A DNA stretch of 47,315 nt from a virus (taxonomy: Duplodnaviria > Caudoviricetes), in the IMG/VR virus record IMGVR_UViG_3300009527_000008, positions 1-47,315 of that record; one strand, written 5' to 3'. The position numbers were made by a program, and so were the translations under genes. The notes below the pieces were generated by a model. It was not told the origin of the DNA. It saw only the letters and a program-made list of their open reading frames with translations, and searched no databases. Numbering within the stretch: position 1 is the first letter of the stretch; each line of letters opens with the position of its first letter. This document shows, piece by piece, positions 20,960 to 31,314 of the stretch.

Positions 20960-22765
20960 GTGATAACAGTATATCCTATAGAACTAACTGGAATTAAACA
21001 CATTACCGACTTTTCAGTTTCTGCTGATTTATCAGAGAACTTTGTAATATCTTGGGGAGATGGAAATTATTCCTATGATACAAATGAAACTCATATATAT
21101 GAGTCTGGCGGAGTTTTCTCTCTTACAGTAGGAAATTGTGCGGAAACTTCCTCATTTCAAATAAGTTGTGTAAATGGTCCGTTCTACAACAATCGCGTAA
21201 GCATAACATCTGATACAGTTTCTACTGCTGGCTGTCCTATAATTATAAATTATGAAATTTCTAGTAACGATCCATCTGCAACTTTAGAATGGTATTCTAA
21301 AGACAGTATCTCTAGAAAAGAAGAAAATGATAGTTTTTGGAGTCATCTGAATCCTTATTGGAAATTTGAAAATACAGATTTGTCATTCACTGAAATAACT
21401 AGCATTTACGGAACATTAGGATATTGTGCTAGTGGGGAAGTTGTTTACTTTGATAGTATGATAGGCAATCCTACAGTATTTGCTACACTAAAAACAAGTG
21501 ATACCACTAATGAAAGAACCTACAGTAGTGCTAGCATTCAATTAACTGCGGCAGTTCCTAGTGAAATAAAGATAACACATGATGGCATTGATAATATAGG
21601 AGCATTGCAATTTGCTGATACTAGTATTCCAGTAGTGTATAGTATAGTTTCTAACGATCCTTGCGGTAGTATTATGAATTATGTTACTGGTAGCATAATA
21701 GAATATAAAATAATACAAGGTTGTAATTTTATAGACGAAGATTCTATAACCGTTCTAACTGGAACAGTGTCTGCTGAAGACGAAGATTGTTTTGTAACAG
21801 GAGGATACTTAAAAACTACCTTTTCTATACCATCATCCGCAATATCTTCAATAACCTATAACAATGAAGAATCTTCTTGCGGAAGTGCTCCACTTGACAC
21901 TTATGAAGAAAAAATAAACTATCCTAAACAACTGCAAATTTCTGCGTTTGGAATTTTCGGATATGATGGAACTAATTATGAACTTACAGGAATATCTGCT
22001 CCGTTCGATGTTTATAAAATTGAATCTTTTCATAAAATTTATAGAAAAGGAGAGCATAAAAATATCGGAGAACTCGTTGAAAAATATTCTCATTTTGACT
22101 TAGAAAGTCTTCCAGAAACTAAAAAGTATGTTAATGGAATCGCTGGCAGAGAAACATATTTCGGAGATTTATATGATAAAGTCTACAATGCTGGGAGAGA
22201 TGTGGGAGAAATAGATACATGCCAAATAGATCCTCTGCTGAGCATGTGTGATTTAGTTGGAGAAGATGTGGATGATATTGATTTAACTTATCCTAATGAC
22301 CTGAAAAGAATCATGCACCTATTTTCTATTCCAGCAGAACAATTAGTTGGAAATAAATGTGCATGTGATGACAAATTCTGGAATTGCAATCAATGTCCTG
22401 CAAAAGATTTTTGTAATATGTGCAAACAGTCAGTTCATAATAATTTAGGAAATTTGATTTCTGAAAATGAAAGGTTATCTGGTGGAATCACTGTTATACG
22501 AAATGAAAAGGGAACCTATAATTTTGAAAAATTGTATATTCCAGAAGAAGTAATTTTAAATGATATAGTTGAGTATTCTCCTAATTTATTTTGCTATTAT
22601 TATTGGAATGATCTGCCTCAAAATAATAGAGTAAACTCATATATAGATTATGATAATCCCTATACTACTGTTTCCAGAGATACTGAACCTACTGAATGGA
22701 CTGAAGTAGATGGTATTATGCAGAGAGTTTTAGAAAGAATCCTAGTTCAAAATCTAAATAAATAA
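20960..22765 (+). CDS. Baseplate-associated protein with N-terminal PKD-like domain and Cys cluster
   Basis: ISWGDG...HIYESGGVFSLTV (PKD-like); CACDDKFWNCNQCPAKDFCNMC; follows gp25; TAAGTA at 20949-20954. Confidence 0.6.
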   Translation: MITVYPIELTGIKHITDFSVSADLSENFVISWGDGNYSYDTNETHIYESGGVFSLTVGNCAETSSFQISCVNGPFYNNRVSITSDTVSTAGCPIIINYEISSNDPSATLEWYSKDSISRKEENDSFWSHLNPYWKFENTDLSFTEITSIYGTLGYCASGEVVYFDSMIGNPTVFATLKTSDTTNERTYSSASIQLTAAVPSEIKITHDGIDNIGALQFADTSIPVVYSIVSNDPCGSIMNYVTGSIIEYKIIQGCNFIDEDSITVLTGTVSAEDEDCFVTGGYLKTTFSIPSSAISSITYNNEESSCGSAPLDTYEEKINYPKQLQISAFGIFGYDGTNYELTGISAPFDVYKIESFHKIYRKGEHKNIGELVEKYSHFDLESLPETKKYVNGIAGRETYFGDLYDKVYNAGRDVGEIDTCQIDPLLSMCDLVGEDVDDIDLTYPNDLKRIMHLFSIPAEQLVGNKCACDDKFWNCNQCPAKDFCNMCKQSVHNNLGNLISENERLSGGITVIRNEKGTYNFEKLYIPEEVILNDIVEYSPNLFCYYYWNDLPQNNRVNSYIDYDNPYTTVSRDTEPTEWTEVDGIMQRVLERILVQNLNK

Positions 22766-22769
22766 TCAA

Positions 22770-24146
22770 ATGCAGTCTTTTAAGGAACATTTCAAACTTT
22801 TATGTGAAAAACTTTCTATAGAAAGATTCCGAAAAATACGCAAGGCATTTAATCGTTATTCAAAGAAAAAAGGAATGGAGAAATTAAAACCCGGAACATT
22901 TGGTTTTGATATAGAATTTAACTACATGAAGTATCCTTCTGACGAAGAACTATTGAAAATACTGAGTAGAAAATATGATATAGAAGAAAAATATATAGAT
23001 TGGTTAGTGAATAATCATAACTATGGGAGGTATGCTAGTATAGAAGACTGGGAAGAAGACTATCCACAACCAGAATTTGAATTATTAAAACCTATAGAAA
23101 CTGATTATTCGTCAATAGAAGAGTATGATGAGGCGGTAGGTGAATGGGAATATGCTAAAGAAGAATTTGATACAGAATATTCTGACTGGTTAAGCAGTAA
23201 AGAAGATGCTATAGAATCTATAAAAGAAGATAAAAGAACTTATACCAGAGAAGTATTTGAATTTTATGAAGACGATGCAGAATTCAGAGATTATGTTAAT
23301 AGCAATTCTGAATCAACTACCGATGCTATTCTTGATCGAATATCTCGTATTTTAGGAAAATTAGGAGAATGCACCACTGATGCAAGACAGGATGAAGAAA
23401 GTGATTATGAAAATTGCTGGCATTTATCAATTGATAGCACATTAGGGAATCCGCCTGAGATTTCTTCTAGAATATTAACTACTAAAGATATTCCTTTGGT
23501 GAGACGTGCATTAGGTATAATGAGTAATTTTAACACTTCTGCCAATACATCCGCGCATGTTCATGTAGGAATACCTGATGATTTTGACGGTTTCTCTTTA
23601 TTAGTGGCCGCAGATTTAATGGATCGTCATTATTATGAAAAAATGATGCCAAACAGAAAATTTGCAGAATACTCTAAATTTAGTGATGAACTTATTAGGC
23701 AATTATACGTAATGTATTTCAAAAATCCAGAACATCTGATGGATAGAGCAATATATTATCATAAAAATGATGAGAACGGTTATATTGGCAAAAAAGAGCA
23801 TTTTGGCGAAAATGGTAAAGAAATAGGAACTTTAGAAAACGGAGTTATTGTTATACCCGAAGACAACTTTAATGAGTTACTAAAAAGTCTATCTAACAAA
23901 TTTCATGGAGTTAATTATGTGAATATGTTTAAGGAAGAGAACAAGACACTAGAGTTTAGATTTCTTTCATCAGAAATTTTATCTGGAAATAAAGGTATCA
24001 CGGATTTTATAAATTTTATTAATTACTATTGTATAGTTCCTAAAATTGCTATGCGAGCAAATCGTCTCAAAACATCATATGCTACCTTTATAAGACAAAA
24101 CGGCAATATTAAGGTATTCCCAAAACAATTTTGGAATGATAAATAG
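22770..24146 (+). CDS. Putative amidoligase (COOH-NH2 ligase, glutamine-synthetase-like fold) with acidic insert
   Basis: TFGFDIEF, WHLSIDSTL..PEISSRIL, TSAHVHVG, KFHGVN, TLEFR follow the amidoligase motif order. Confidence 0.8.
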   Translation: MQSFKEHFKLLCEKLSIERFRKIRKAFNRYSKKKGMEKLKPGTFGFDIEFNYMKYPSDEELLKILSRKYDIEEKYIDWLVNNHNYGRYASIEDWEEDYPQPEFELLKPIETDYSSIEEYDEAVGEWEYAKEEFDTEYSDWLSSKEDAIESIKEDKRTYTREVFEFYEDDAEFRDYVNSNSESTTDAILDRISRILGKLGECTTDARQDEESDYENCWHLSIDSTLGNPPEISSRILTTKDIPLVRRALGIMSNFNTSANTSAHVHVGIPDDFDGFSLLVAADLMDRHYYEKMMPNRKFAEYSKFSDELIRQLYVMYFKNPEHLMDRAIYYHKNDENGYIGKKEHFGENGKEIGTLENGVIVIPEDNFNELLKSLSNKFHGVNYVNMFKEENKTLEFRFLSSEILSGNKGITDFINFINYYCIVPKIAMRANRLKTSYATFIRQNGNIKVFPKQFWNDK

Positions 24147-24153
24147 TTATTAA

Positions 24154-25719
24154 ATGAATTTTAATACAATTTTTAACATTATAAAAGAATCACCTGATAA
24201 CATAGCACCTTACTATCAGAGAACTGCAACAGCCTTTATAATATCTCCAAAATTTTCAATAATATCATTGGTCCCAGATATGACTCACGGCGATCTACTA
24301 AATTTTATGATAGAATTTTTCCAGAGAACTAAAAAAAATGTCTTCTCTGACTACATAGACAAATATACTAAGGATATAGTTTTAAATGGTGATTTTTCGT
24401 CAATTCGTTCATTTTTTGAGCAGTCGGATTCGGATGACCGATCACATATATTGAAATATTCGTCTGCTAATAAATTAAATATTTTAGTAGGAAGACTATG
24501 GTCTAGTAAAAAAATAATCTCCTTTTGGAATTATATAAATGATGTGAGCCAAGAGGCAATAAATGCCGTGGCTGATATTATATGGTATGTAAAACAGATA
24601 GATTTGTCGGTTTATTCATGGGAAATATATATTAAGGAAAACAACAGCCCCGTTGAAAAGATGTATTCATTGGACGAACTTGAAAAATTAATATCAAACG
24701 AATTTGAAAATGAAGAAGAAGATTATTCTCAATTTAGTAATACTACACCGATAAATATGAATGATAAATGGGATGAATTACATGTAATGAATCCTGCAAT
24801 AAAAGGACAATTTATGAAACAACGAGGAATAATGCCAAAAACTGCTATGGGTATACAAAAACGATTTGCTATGGGTGAATCAGAGAACAATTTTGACAAA
24901 TTATATCAATTAGTTAAAGAGGATGAAATTGGTGACGTAGTTCATGTAGGAGATTGGAGTCCAGGAGCAAAACCTAGAGGATGGGATAAACCTAGTATAG
25001 GAATTTTAACTTCAGATTCTGGAATAACTAAATTACGGCGTAAATGGGAAAACTGCCCATACAAATTCGACGTATACTTTGTTAGGCAACCTAATGCTAA
25101 AAATTATTTAGAAATAGGAGAAGTGAAGTATGAATTTATACGAGATAAATTGAATTACAATTTTTCACAAGACAGGGATGCTATAACTATATTTTATACC
25201 AATAATATCGGAGCCAATAGAATCCCAGCGACTCCATGGACACTGGCACACAGAGCAGGCCATGCTATGCGAAGAAGTTACTACTATAAAAAATTTACAA
25301 AGTCAGTAAATGCTATGATAAGAGATATTGGCAAAGATGTGTATGGATTTGATGATAATAGAACTAGGGCATCTTTCTCGGATGAATATTCTTTTGGGTT
25401 TTCAAAAAAAACCAGAGCATTGTGTAATGCTCTAGGAACTATGAAAAGTGCCAGAGATCGCAAAATACTAAATGAGGGAGAATTTGCTCATGAACTAGTT
25501 GCTCAGTTCATCACCACCGGAAAAATAACTTTCAACAGAAATTTCCCAAAAATACTTCCACATAGAGGATTTCGATGGGGACAACCTGACGGGTCTTATA
25601 TTAGAAGAGATATAAATTTAGAAGAATTGGAAGATAAATTAGCTTATTGGGAAGAACGTATTTACCATGAGATAGATAGTGTTATTGACAGTAACATAGG
25701 AAGCATATTTGTCATGTAA
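24154..25719 (+). CDS. Two-module protein; C-terminal module zincin-like (HRAGH)
   Basis: N-terminal leader MNFNTIFNIIKE|SPD; internal leader NNFDKLYQLVKE|DE; PWTLAHRAGH...EFAHELVAQ. Confidence 0.6.
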   Translation: MNFNTIFNIIKESPDNIAPYYQRTATAFIISPKFSIISLVPDMTHGDLLNFMIEFFQRTKKNVFSDYIDKYTKDIVLNGDFSSIRSFFEQSDSDDRSHILKYSSANKLNILVGRLWSSKKIISFWNYINDVSQEAINAVADIIWYVKQIDLSVYSWEIYIKENNSPVEKMYSLDELEKLISNEFENEEEDYSQFSNTTPINMNDKWDELHVMNPAIKGQFMKQRGIMPKTAMGIQKRFAMGESENNFDKLYQLVKEDEIGDVVHVGDWSPGAKPRGWDKPSIGILTSDSGITKLRRKWENCPYKFDVYFVRQPNAKNYLEIGEVKYEFIRDKLNYNFSQDRDAITIFYTNNIGANRIPATPWTLAHRAGHAMRRSYYYKKFTKSVNAMIRDIGKDVYGFDDNRTRASFSDEYSFGFSKKTRALCNALGTMKSARDRKILNEGEFAHELVAQFITTGKITFNRNFPKILPHRGFRWGQPDGSYIRRDINLEELEDKLAYWEERIYHEIDSVIDSNIGSIFVM

Positions 25720-25728
25720 ATTGATTAT

Positions 25729-25762
25729 AAAAAGCCTAATTGAAATTTCAATTAGGCTTTTT
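25729..25762. terminator. Bidirectional intrinsic terminator
   Basis: Perfect 34-bp palindrome AAAAAGCCTAATTGAAATTTCAATTAGGCTTTTT between convergent genes, T-tracts on both strands. Confidence 0.85.
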
Positions 25763-25784
25763 TATTTTAAAGTATTAAGAGTTT

Positions 25785-26993
25785 TTAGAAAAATCCTCCA
25801 CCGAAAGAATATATAGTTTCTCCAGAAGGTAGTGATACATCAGTTCCGGCTATCATGTTTTCCAAATCTAAGCTTCCGTTATTATTGATAGTTCCTGCTA
25901 TAGTTGAAGTTGCTGGCAATACTAATGGATTTCCGTTCATATTAATGACTCCTGTAGACGTGACATCTAATAGTCCAGATAAGATTACTAAACCATTAAA
26001 ATTAATAGTTCCAGAAATTTGTAAATTACCGCAGATTGCTGAGAAACTGGTGTTCCCACTTGTATGTATAGTAGAACCTTCTTCTATAACTAATATGCTG
26101 CTATAAAAATTATCAGGGAGTGTATTTGCCGAATTATTGTAGAATGTAGTAGAATGTGTGTTAAAAAAAGTAGAATTGATTATATTAAATGCGCCCATTT
26201 TTATATTTCCTTGATAAAAAGAAGCACCATCCACCACAGTAGTTCCTTCTACGGTCAACAACATACTGCCTATCCCAACATGAGTAGATGGCCCCACTAT
26301 ATCTAATCCACCGACATTTCCGCTGTATTGAAAATAGCCACCATTTCCGTTTATAGTTAGATTTGCTGAATTATTAGTATTAATTATAAATATATTAGAC
26401 CCTGAACCAATGTCATTTATAGTCAGCGAAGCACTATAACTCACGTAAACAATACCACCAGCAGGAAGATAGAGATTTCCACATATTAAAGGATAATTTG
26501 CTATTATAGCATTATTGCCAGCACCAGATATATAGCCTACGGATAGTGGCATGACAAGAGCTAAGGAAATGTCTGCTGCTAGCTGAATAGTCGCACTAGA
26601 TAAATCTACTGAATTGAACTCTTGATATACTAAATTTGCGTTGCTACTAATAGTTCCCGTTACTACGTAGTTGCCTTCTATAATAAATGTTCCAGAAAAT
26701 GATATATTAAGATCTCCGATTGTACCAGAAAAGTTCGGTTCCAAATTTCCAGTCGCGCCGTTGATGTTGATAATTTGGAAAAAATTAGAACTATTCTGAC
26801 TTTGCAATCTCCCATCATTAGAAATAGTTAATGGTGGTATGTTGGAACAATAACTCTGCAATACTATGATATCACTTCCCACGTCACTTGGGACGTTTAT
26901 GGCTGGAGAGGATGCACCAGAATCTTCCCACCAATTCGTCAATTCGTTCCAATCTGGACTAATTCCCGCACTGTCATTAAAATAATATGTCAT
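25785..26993 (-). CDS. Gly/Asn/Ser/Ile-rich beta-helix (adhesin- or autotransporter-passenger-like) late protein
   Basis: DWNELTNWW...PA..VP opening, LTING/LQISG strands, almost no basic residues; TAAATA at 26999-27004. Confidence 0.6.
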   Translation of the reverse strand: MTYYFNDSAGISPDWNELTNWWEDSGASSPAINVPSDVGSDIIVLQSYCSNIPPLTISNDGRLQSQNSSNFFQIININGATGNLEPNFSGTIGDLNISFSGTFIIEGNYVVTGTISSNANLVYQEFNSVDLSSATIQLAADISLALVMPLSVGYISGAGNNAIIANYPLICGNLYLPAGGIVYVSYSASLTINDIGSGSNIFIINTNNSANLTINGNGGYFQYSGNVGGLDIVGPSTHVGIGSMLLTVEGTTVVDGASFYQGNIKMGAFNIINSTFFNTHSTTFYNNSANTLPDNFYSSILVIEEGSTIHTSGNTSFSAICGNLQISGTINFNGLVILSGLLDVTSTGVINMNGNPLVLPATSTIAGTINNNGSLDLENMIAGTDVSLPSGETIYSFGGGFF

Positions 26994-27012
26994 ATTGTTA
27001 TTTAATTGATTC

Positions 27013-27040
27013 TTGACATGCTTCTTTACTATGCTATATT
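27013..27040 (+). promoter_or_regulatory. Sigma70-like early promoter
   Basis: TTGACA (27013-27018), 16-nt spacer ending TGc, TATATT (27035-27040), upstream of ATG 27063. Confidence 0.65.
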
Positions 27041-27062
27041 ATTCTTGAATAGAAACTATATT

Positions 27063-28922
27063 ATGCTAAAGTTTAATACAAAAAAAATAAACGCTCAAAT
27101 TCTTGATCAGTGGATTTCTGCAAATGCTAATGTTCTCCTGATTGGTGAAAAGGGTGTTGGTAAATCTATGCAAATCCTTGATTCATTTAAGAGAAACGAA
27201 TTGAAATTTTCTTACTTTTCGGGAGCAACCTTAGATCCATGGGTTCATATTCTAGGAATACCTACTGTTTCTAAACAGGCAGAGGGGGCTAATAAAGTCG
27301 ATTTTGCTCTTCCTGAAAGTATGGATACTTCTGTAGAGGCTATTTTTATTGATGAATTTAATCGTTGTCATAGAACGGTGAGAAATGCTCTACTAGAGCT
27401 TCTACAATTCAAAACTATTAATGGAAGATCATTTCCTAATCTCCGAATGATTTGGGCAGCAGTTAATCCTAAAAATGAGCAAGACTATGATGTAGATGAA
27501 TTAGACCCTGCTCAATTAGACCGTTTTCATATTATTTGTGAAATTCCTAATGCTCCAGATATGGAATATTTCTCAAATAAATATGGAAAAGAACGTGCAA
27601 AACTGCTCATTGAATGGTGGAAAATGCAACCTGAAGAAGCATTAAAGATTCTTTCTCCTAGAAGACTTGAATATGTTGCAGATTTTTATGATAAAGGACT
27701 TGATATTTCCGCACTTCTTCCAGTTTCTGCAAATCATACTAATCTGATTAAGATGTTATCTATGGAAGGAGATGATATTAAGTGGATTGAAGCAATAGAT
27801 AATTTTGATGATGCTATTCTTAAAGAACTTTTTTCCAATAATAAATTAGTTTCTAAATTTTATAAAAAACTATGTTTTAGTGAATTTTATAAATATTGGA
27901 AAAACGGCCCATCTGAATTAAGGAAAAAATTCTTTTCAACTAATACACATTATCAAGATTATGTAATTACTAAAAGTTTGCTGAGTGATGAACCTGAATA
28001 TAAATCTATGCTATCTGAAGAATGTGAGGCAAAACCTAATAGTAATTTAATAGACGTGCTAAAAATCATGCACAAATCTATAAAAATAAAACCTTCTGAT
28101 GACTTTCTACATTATCCAGCAAATAATGATCTTAATGATGCTAAACAACATTTGAACGAATTTCTAGAAATTGCTACAAAATATGAAATTATTAATGATG
28201 ATAATATTGATGATGTGGATAGTTCGATGTGCAAAGATGAAAAAAAGCCCCTAAAAAAAGATGGTGATTTGGCTGATAAAAAAAACCATATTTTCTCTCA
28301 ACTAGCAAACTATATAGTCCACATTCTCAAATTTGCTCGGAATAACGAATATATTCCTTTGTCTACTACGGTTAATAAAATAGTCTGGCATCATGAGTCT
28401 CTTCCGACAGAACAGATTGAAGAAATTGACAAATCATTATTATATCATTTCAAGTATTTTTGGAATATTCTAGATGACAATACTATGCAGCAATTTGCTA
28501 TAGTCAGCACAGTGTTACGTGGAATTATGAGTAGAGCGCATAAAAATAAAAAGATTGATGGCTATGCACTAGGTTCTATTCTTAAATTATATATTAAAGC
28601 AGTATCTGGATTTAGTCAAGAATGCGAAGAATCTAAAATCAATGAAACATCATATCTATTGCATCAATTTTCTACCTTAGTAAAATTAGCATCAAAAACT
28701 CGTCGCCCATCTGCTAATTTCATAGGAGATTCTATGACATTTTCTAATATACAATCTATTATACAAAGTTTGGAGTATCAACGTATTCCAAGAAAACAAA
28801 TTGTAGTAGAATCATTAAAACTTGCTAGAGAGAATAAAGTTGTAACAGAATGGATATATGATAGCAAGTATGTTTGCGGCGATGAAAAGGTACAATGTAA
28901 TTATCCTACAGGCACATTCTAA
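27063..28922 (+). CDS. MoxR-like AAA+ ATPase
   Basis: Walker A GEKGVGKS, Walker B IFIDEFNR, sensor AAVNP, LDPAQLDRF; start moved to ATG 27063 because TTG 27006 overlaps the promoter. Confidence 0.88.
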   Translation: MLKFNTKKINAQILDQWISANANVLLIGEKGVGKSMQILDSFKRNELKFSYFSGATLDPWVHILGIPTVSKQAEGANKVDFALPESMDTSVEAIFIDEFNRCHRTVRNALLELLQFKTINGRSFPNLRMIWAAVNPKNEQDYDVDELDPAQLDRFHIICEIPNAPDMEYFSNKYGKERAKLLIEWWKMQPEEALKILSPRRLEYVADFYDKGLDISALLPVSANHTNLIKMLSMEGDDIKWIEAIDNFDDAILKELFSNNKLVSKFYKKLCFSEFYKYWKNGPSELRKKFFSTNTHYQDYVITKSLLSDEPEYKSMLSEECEAKPNSNLIDVLKIMHKSIKIKPSDDFLHYPANNDLNDAKQHLNEFLEIATKYEIINDDNIDDVDSSMCKDEKKPLKKDGDLADKKNHIFSQLANYIVHILKFARNNEYIPLSTTVNKIVWHHESLPTEQIEEIDKSLLYHFKYFWNILDDNTMQQFAIVSTVLRGIMSRAHKNKKIDGYALGSILKLYIKAVSGFSQECEESKINETSYLLHQFSTLVKLASKTRRPSANFIGDSMTFSNIQSIIQSLEYQRIPRKQIVVESLKLARENKVVTEWIYDSKYVCGDEKVQCNYPTGTF

Positions 28923-28931
28923 AATAACGAA

Positions 28932-30158
28932 ATGAAAATAGACGAGAGATTAGATATTTCTAAGAAAATTCAAAAATATGATTTTTTCTTCAGATTATTT
29001 TGGGATGCTACTAGTATTAATTGGGATTCTTCTCAAACTACAGCTTGTATAAACTTTGATAAAAATGGCAAGGAATTGGCTCTTTCTATAAATCCAGATT
29101 TCTGGAAACCTTTGAACGAGGAATCTAAATGTTTTGTAATTTGTCATGAGCTATTGCATGTGATGTATGAACATGGTAAAAGAATGCTAAGTCTTAAACC
29201 AGAAGAATTATCGCTATATAATATTGCAGCAGATGTAGTTATAAATCATACTTTGGTAGATTATTTTGATTTCAGTAGAGATGATTTAGTAGAATTTATC
29301 AAAGATAAATGTTGCTGGTTAGATACAGTATTTCCAGATACGCAAGAGATTATTTGTAGTAATTCGACAGAATACTATTATAATCTTCTCAAATCTAACA
29401 CTCCAGAACAATTGCCTTTTTCTTTGGGCGAAATTGGTTTAGGAGACGGAGAGGATGATTTGGATGCATTAGATGACTTTTTGGAAAGCATAGATCCTGA
29501 TAAAACAATTATCAAAGAACTTGCTAAAAAGATTGTAAAAAAACGCTCACGTTCTACTGATAAAGGAAATACTGATGTGGAATTCAATTCTCTAACTAAA
29601 AAGAAAATTCCGTGGGAAAGTGTTATTAAAAATTGGACAAGAAAAGCGTATAATGAACATTTTTCTAAACAGGCTAGATGGGATAGACCGTTGCCTTATA
29701 TAGAAAATGCAGTAATACCAAGTGAACCTTTACATATCAATACTGAATGTAACTATTCGTCTACTAATTTGCTCTTCTTTTTAGATTTATCTGGTTCATG
29801 TAGCGACTACTTTGAAAGATTTGCTCAATGCGCATATTCTATTGATAGAAAAATATTCAATACTAAGTTTTATGCATTTGACACCAAGTGCGTGGATATG
29901 ACATTTCATAATAGAAAATCCGCATTAAAGGCAATGTCAGGCGGAACAGAATTTCAGTGTATAGTTGATAAAGTTTCAGAATTGTCTAAAACTAATTCTT
30001 TTCACAATCCAGAAATTTTTATTTTAACCGACGGCTATGCACCAGTTGTCGAGTATGACAGACCTTCTCATTGGCATTGGTTTATTTCTGGTGAGGATTA
30101 TCCATATATCACTAAAGTCCCAAAATCTCATTACTACGATTTAACAAAATTTAGTTAA
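28932..30158 (+). CDS. HExxH metallopeptidase-like plus VWA domain protein (MoxR partner)
   Basis: HELLH...NIAADVVIN; MIDAS DLSGS, GGTEF, ILTDGY. Confidence 0.88.
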   Translation: MKIDERLDISKKIQKYDFFFRLFWDATSINWDSSQTTACINFDKNGKELALSINPDFWKPLNEESKCFVICHELLHVMYEHGKRMLSLKPEELSLYNIAADVVINHTLVDYFDFSRDDLVEFIKDKCCWLDTVFPDTQEIICSNSTEYYYNLLKSNTPEQLPFSLGEIGLGDGEDDLDALDDFLESIDPDKTIIKELAKKIVKKRSRSTDKGNTDVEFNSLTKKKIPWESVIKNWTRKAYNEHFSKQARWDRPLPYIENAVIPSEPLHINTECNYSSTNLLFFLDLSGSCSDYFERFAQCAYSIDRKIFNTKFYAFDTKCVDMTFHNRKSALKAMSGGTEFQCIVDKVSELSKTNSFHNPEIFILTDGYAPVVEYDRPSHWHWFISGEDYPYITKVPKSHYYDLTKFS

Positions 30159-30171
30159 TTAAGTAGTTATA

Positions 30172-31284
30172 GTGAAATTTTCCGATTATTATTATTCATT
30201 AATAAATGAAAAAGCATTTAGAAAATCTAAACATATTTCGCATATTATAGATGTTCCTATGTTCTCAGTTTTTATTAAAAATTCTATTTTAGATAAAGAT
30301 CCAGAATTTTTTAATAATTTTATCAGAGAACCTAGTTTTCAGGAAAATCTTAAAAATATATTAAAAGATGCAAAATCTTCTATAGGCAAAATAGGCTTCC
30401 CTTCAATGCGTGTTAATTTAGTTTTAGATGATTTACGAGCAGATGTTAATAAAAATACCGGAAAAGCTGGTGATGTTGCAGGATACGCGGTGGGATCTAG
30501 AAAATATATGATCATTGATTTACAGAGTTTAGTATCAACGGATACGTCACAAATGTCAAATATTATCGTTCATGAGTGGGCTCATTTATGGTTTTTTAAT
30601 AACAGTAAATTATTCAAGAGTTCGATGGAAAATCTTTTTAATCAATTAAAATATTCTGTAGATCATAAAGACTTTAATATGGCCGATGCACTTGGTGTAA
30701 ATGTAGAAAGTATTTTTGATAAAAAAGAAAATTTTGAAGAAATACATCGTTCTTGGAAAGATTTAATAACTAAGATGATTCATGCCAAAGTATTCTTAGG
30801 ATTCTCTATATTGAAATTACAAGAAATGATAGAGAGATTTATAAATCGCTGTTTTGATGAATATATAGAATATAAAAATTCAGATGGCACTGAATATGAT
30901 AATTTAGTAGAAGATTATGCAAGATTGTTGTCAGAAGAAATTACTGAATTATTAAAGCGTATTACCCCAGATCAATTAGACAAAAATGAATTTGTTTATA
31001 ATGCAGATTACCGAGAAAGAGCATATTTATCAATAACCAATAATGCAGAAAATTTGCCTAGAATAGTAGATATTATGAAAACTATTCTTATAAGAATTAT
31101 AGAGACGGATACTTATACTGGAGATTATTTTGATGAACTTCGTAAATTCTTAACAGTAGTTAATAATTGGCCGACAGATTACGGTTTACATAATAAGGAT
31201 GAGCTTTTTGCTACTGCAATAGAGAACTTTTTTGCCCTTAACGGGGCTAACCGTAGGAAGATAATAGAAGCCATTATGAGTTAA
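30172..31284 (+). CDS. Zincin metallopeptidase-like protein with internal-protein-like leader
   Basis: IIVHEWAHLW and distal DYGLHNKDELFATAIE; leader MKFSDYYYSLINE|K; TAAGTA at 30160-30165. Confidence 0.72.
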   Translation: MKFSDYYYSLINEKAFRKSKHISHIIDVPMFSVFIKNSILDKDPEFFNNFIREPSFQENLKNILKDAKSSIGKIGFPSMRVNLVLDDLRADVNKNTGKAGDVAGYAVGSRKYMIIDLQSLVSTDTSQMSNIIVHEWAHLWFFNNSKLFKSSMENLFNQLKYSVDHKDFNMADALGVNVESIFDKKENFEEIHRSWKDLITKMIHAKVFLGFSILKLQEMIERFINRCFDEYIEYKNSDGTEYDNLVEDYARLLSEEITELLKRITPDQLDKNEFVYNADYRERAYLSITNNAENLPRIVDIMKTILIRIIETDTYTGDYFDELRKFLTVVNNWPTDYGLHNKDELFATAIENFFALNGANRRKIIEAIMS

Positions 31285-31314
31285 GTCGTTTATGAATAAT
31301 ATATCATAACTATA

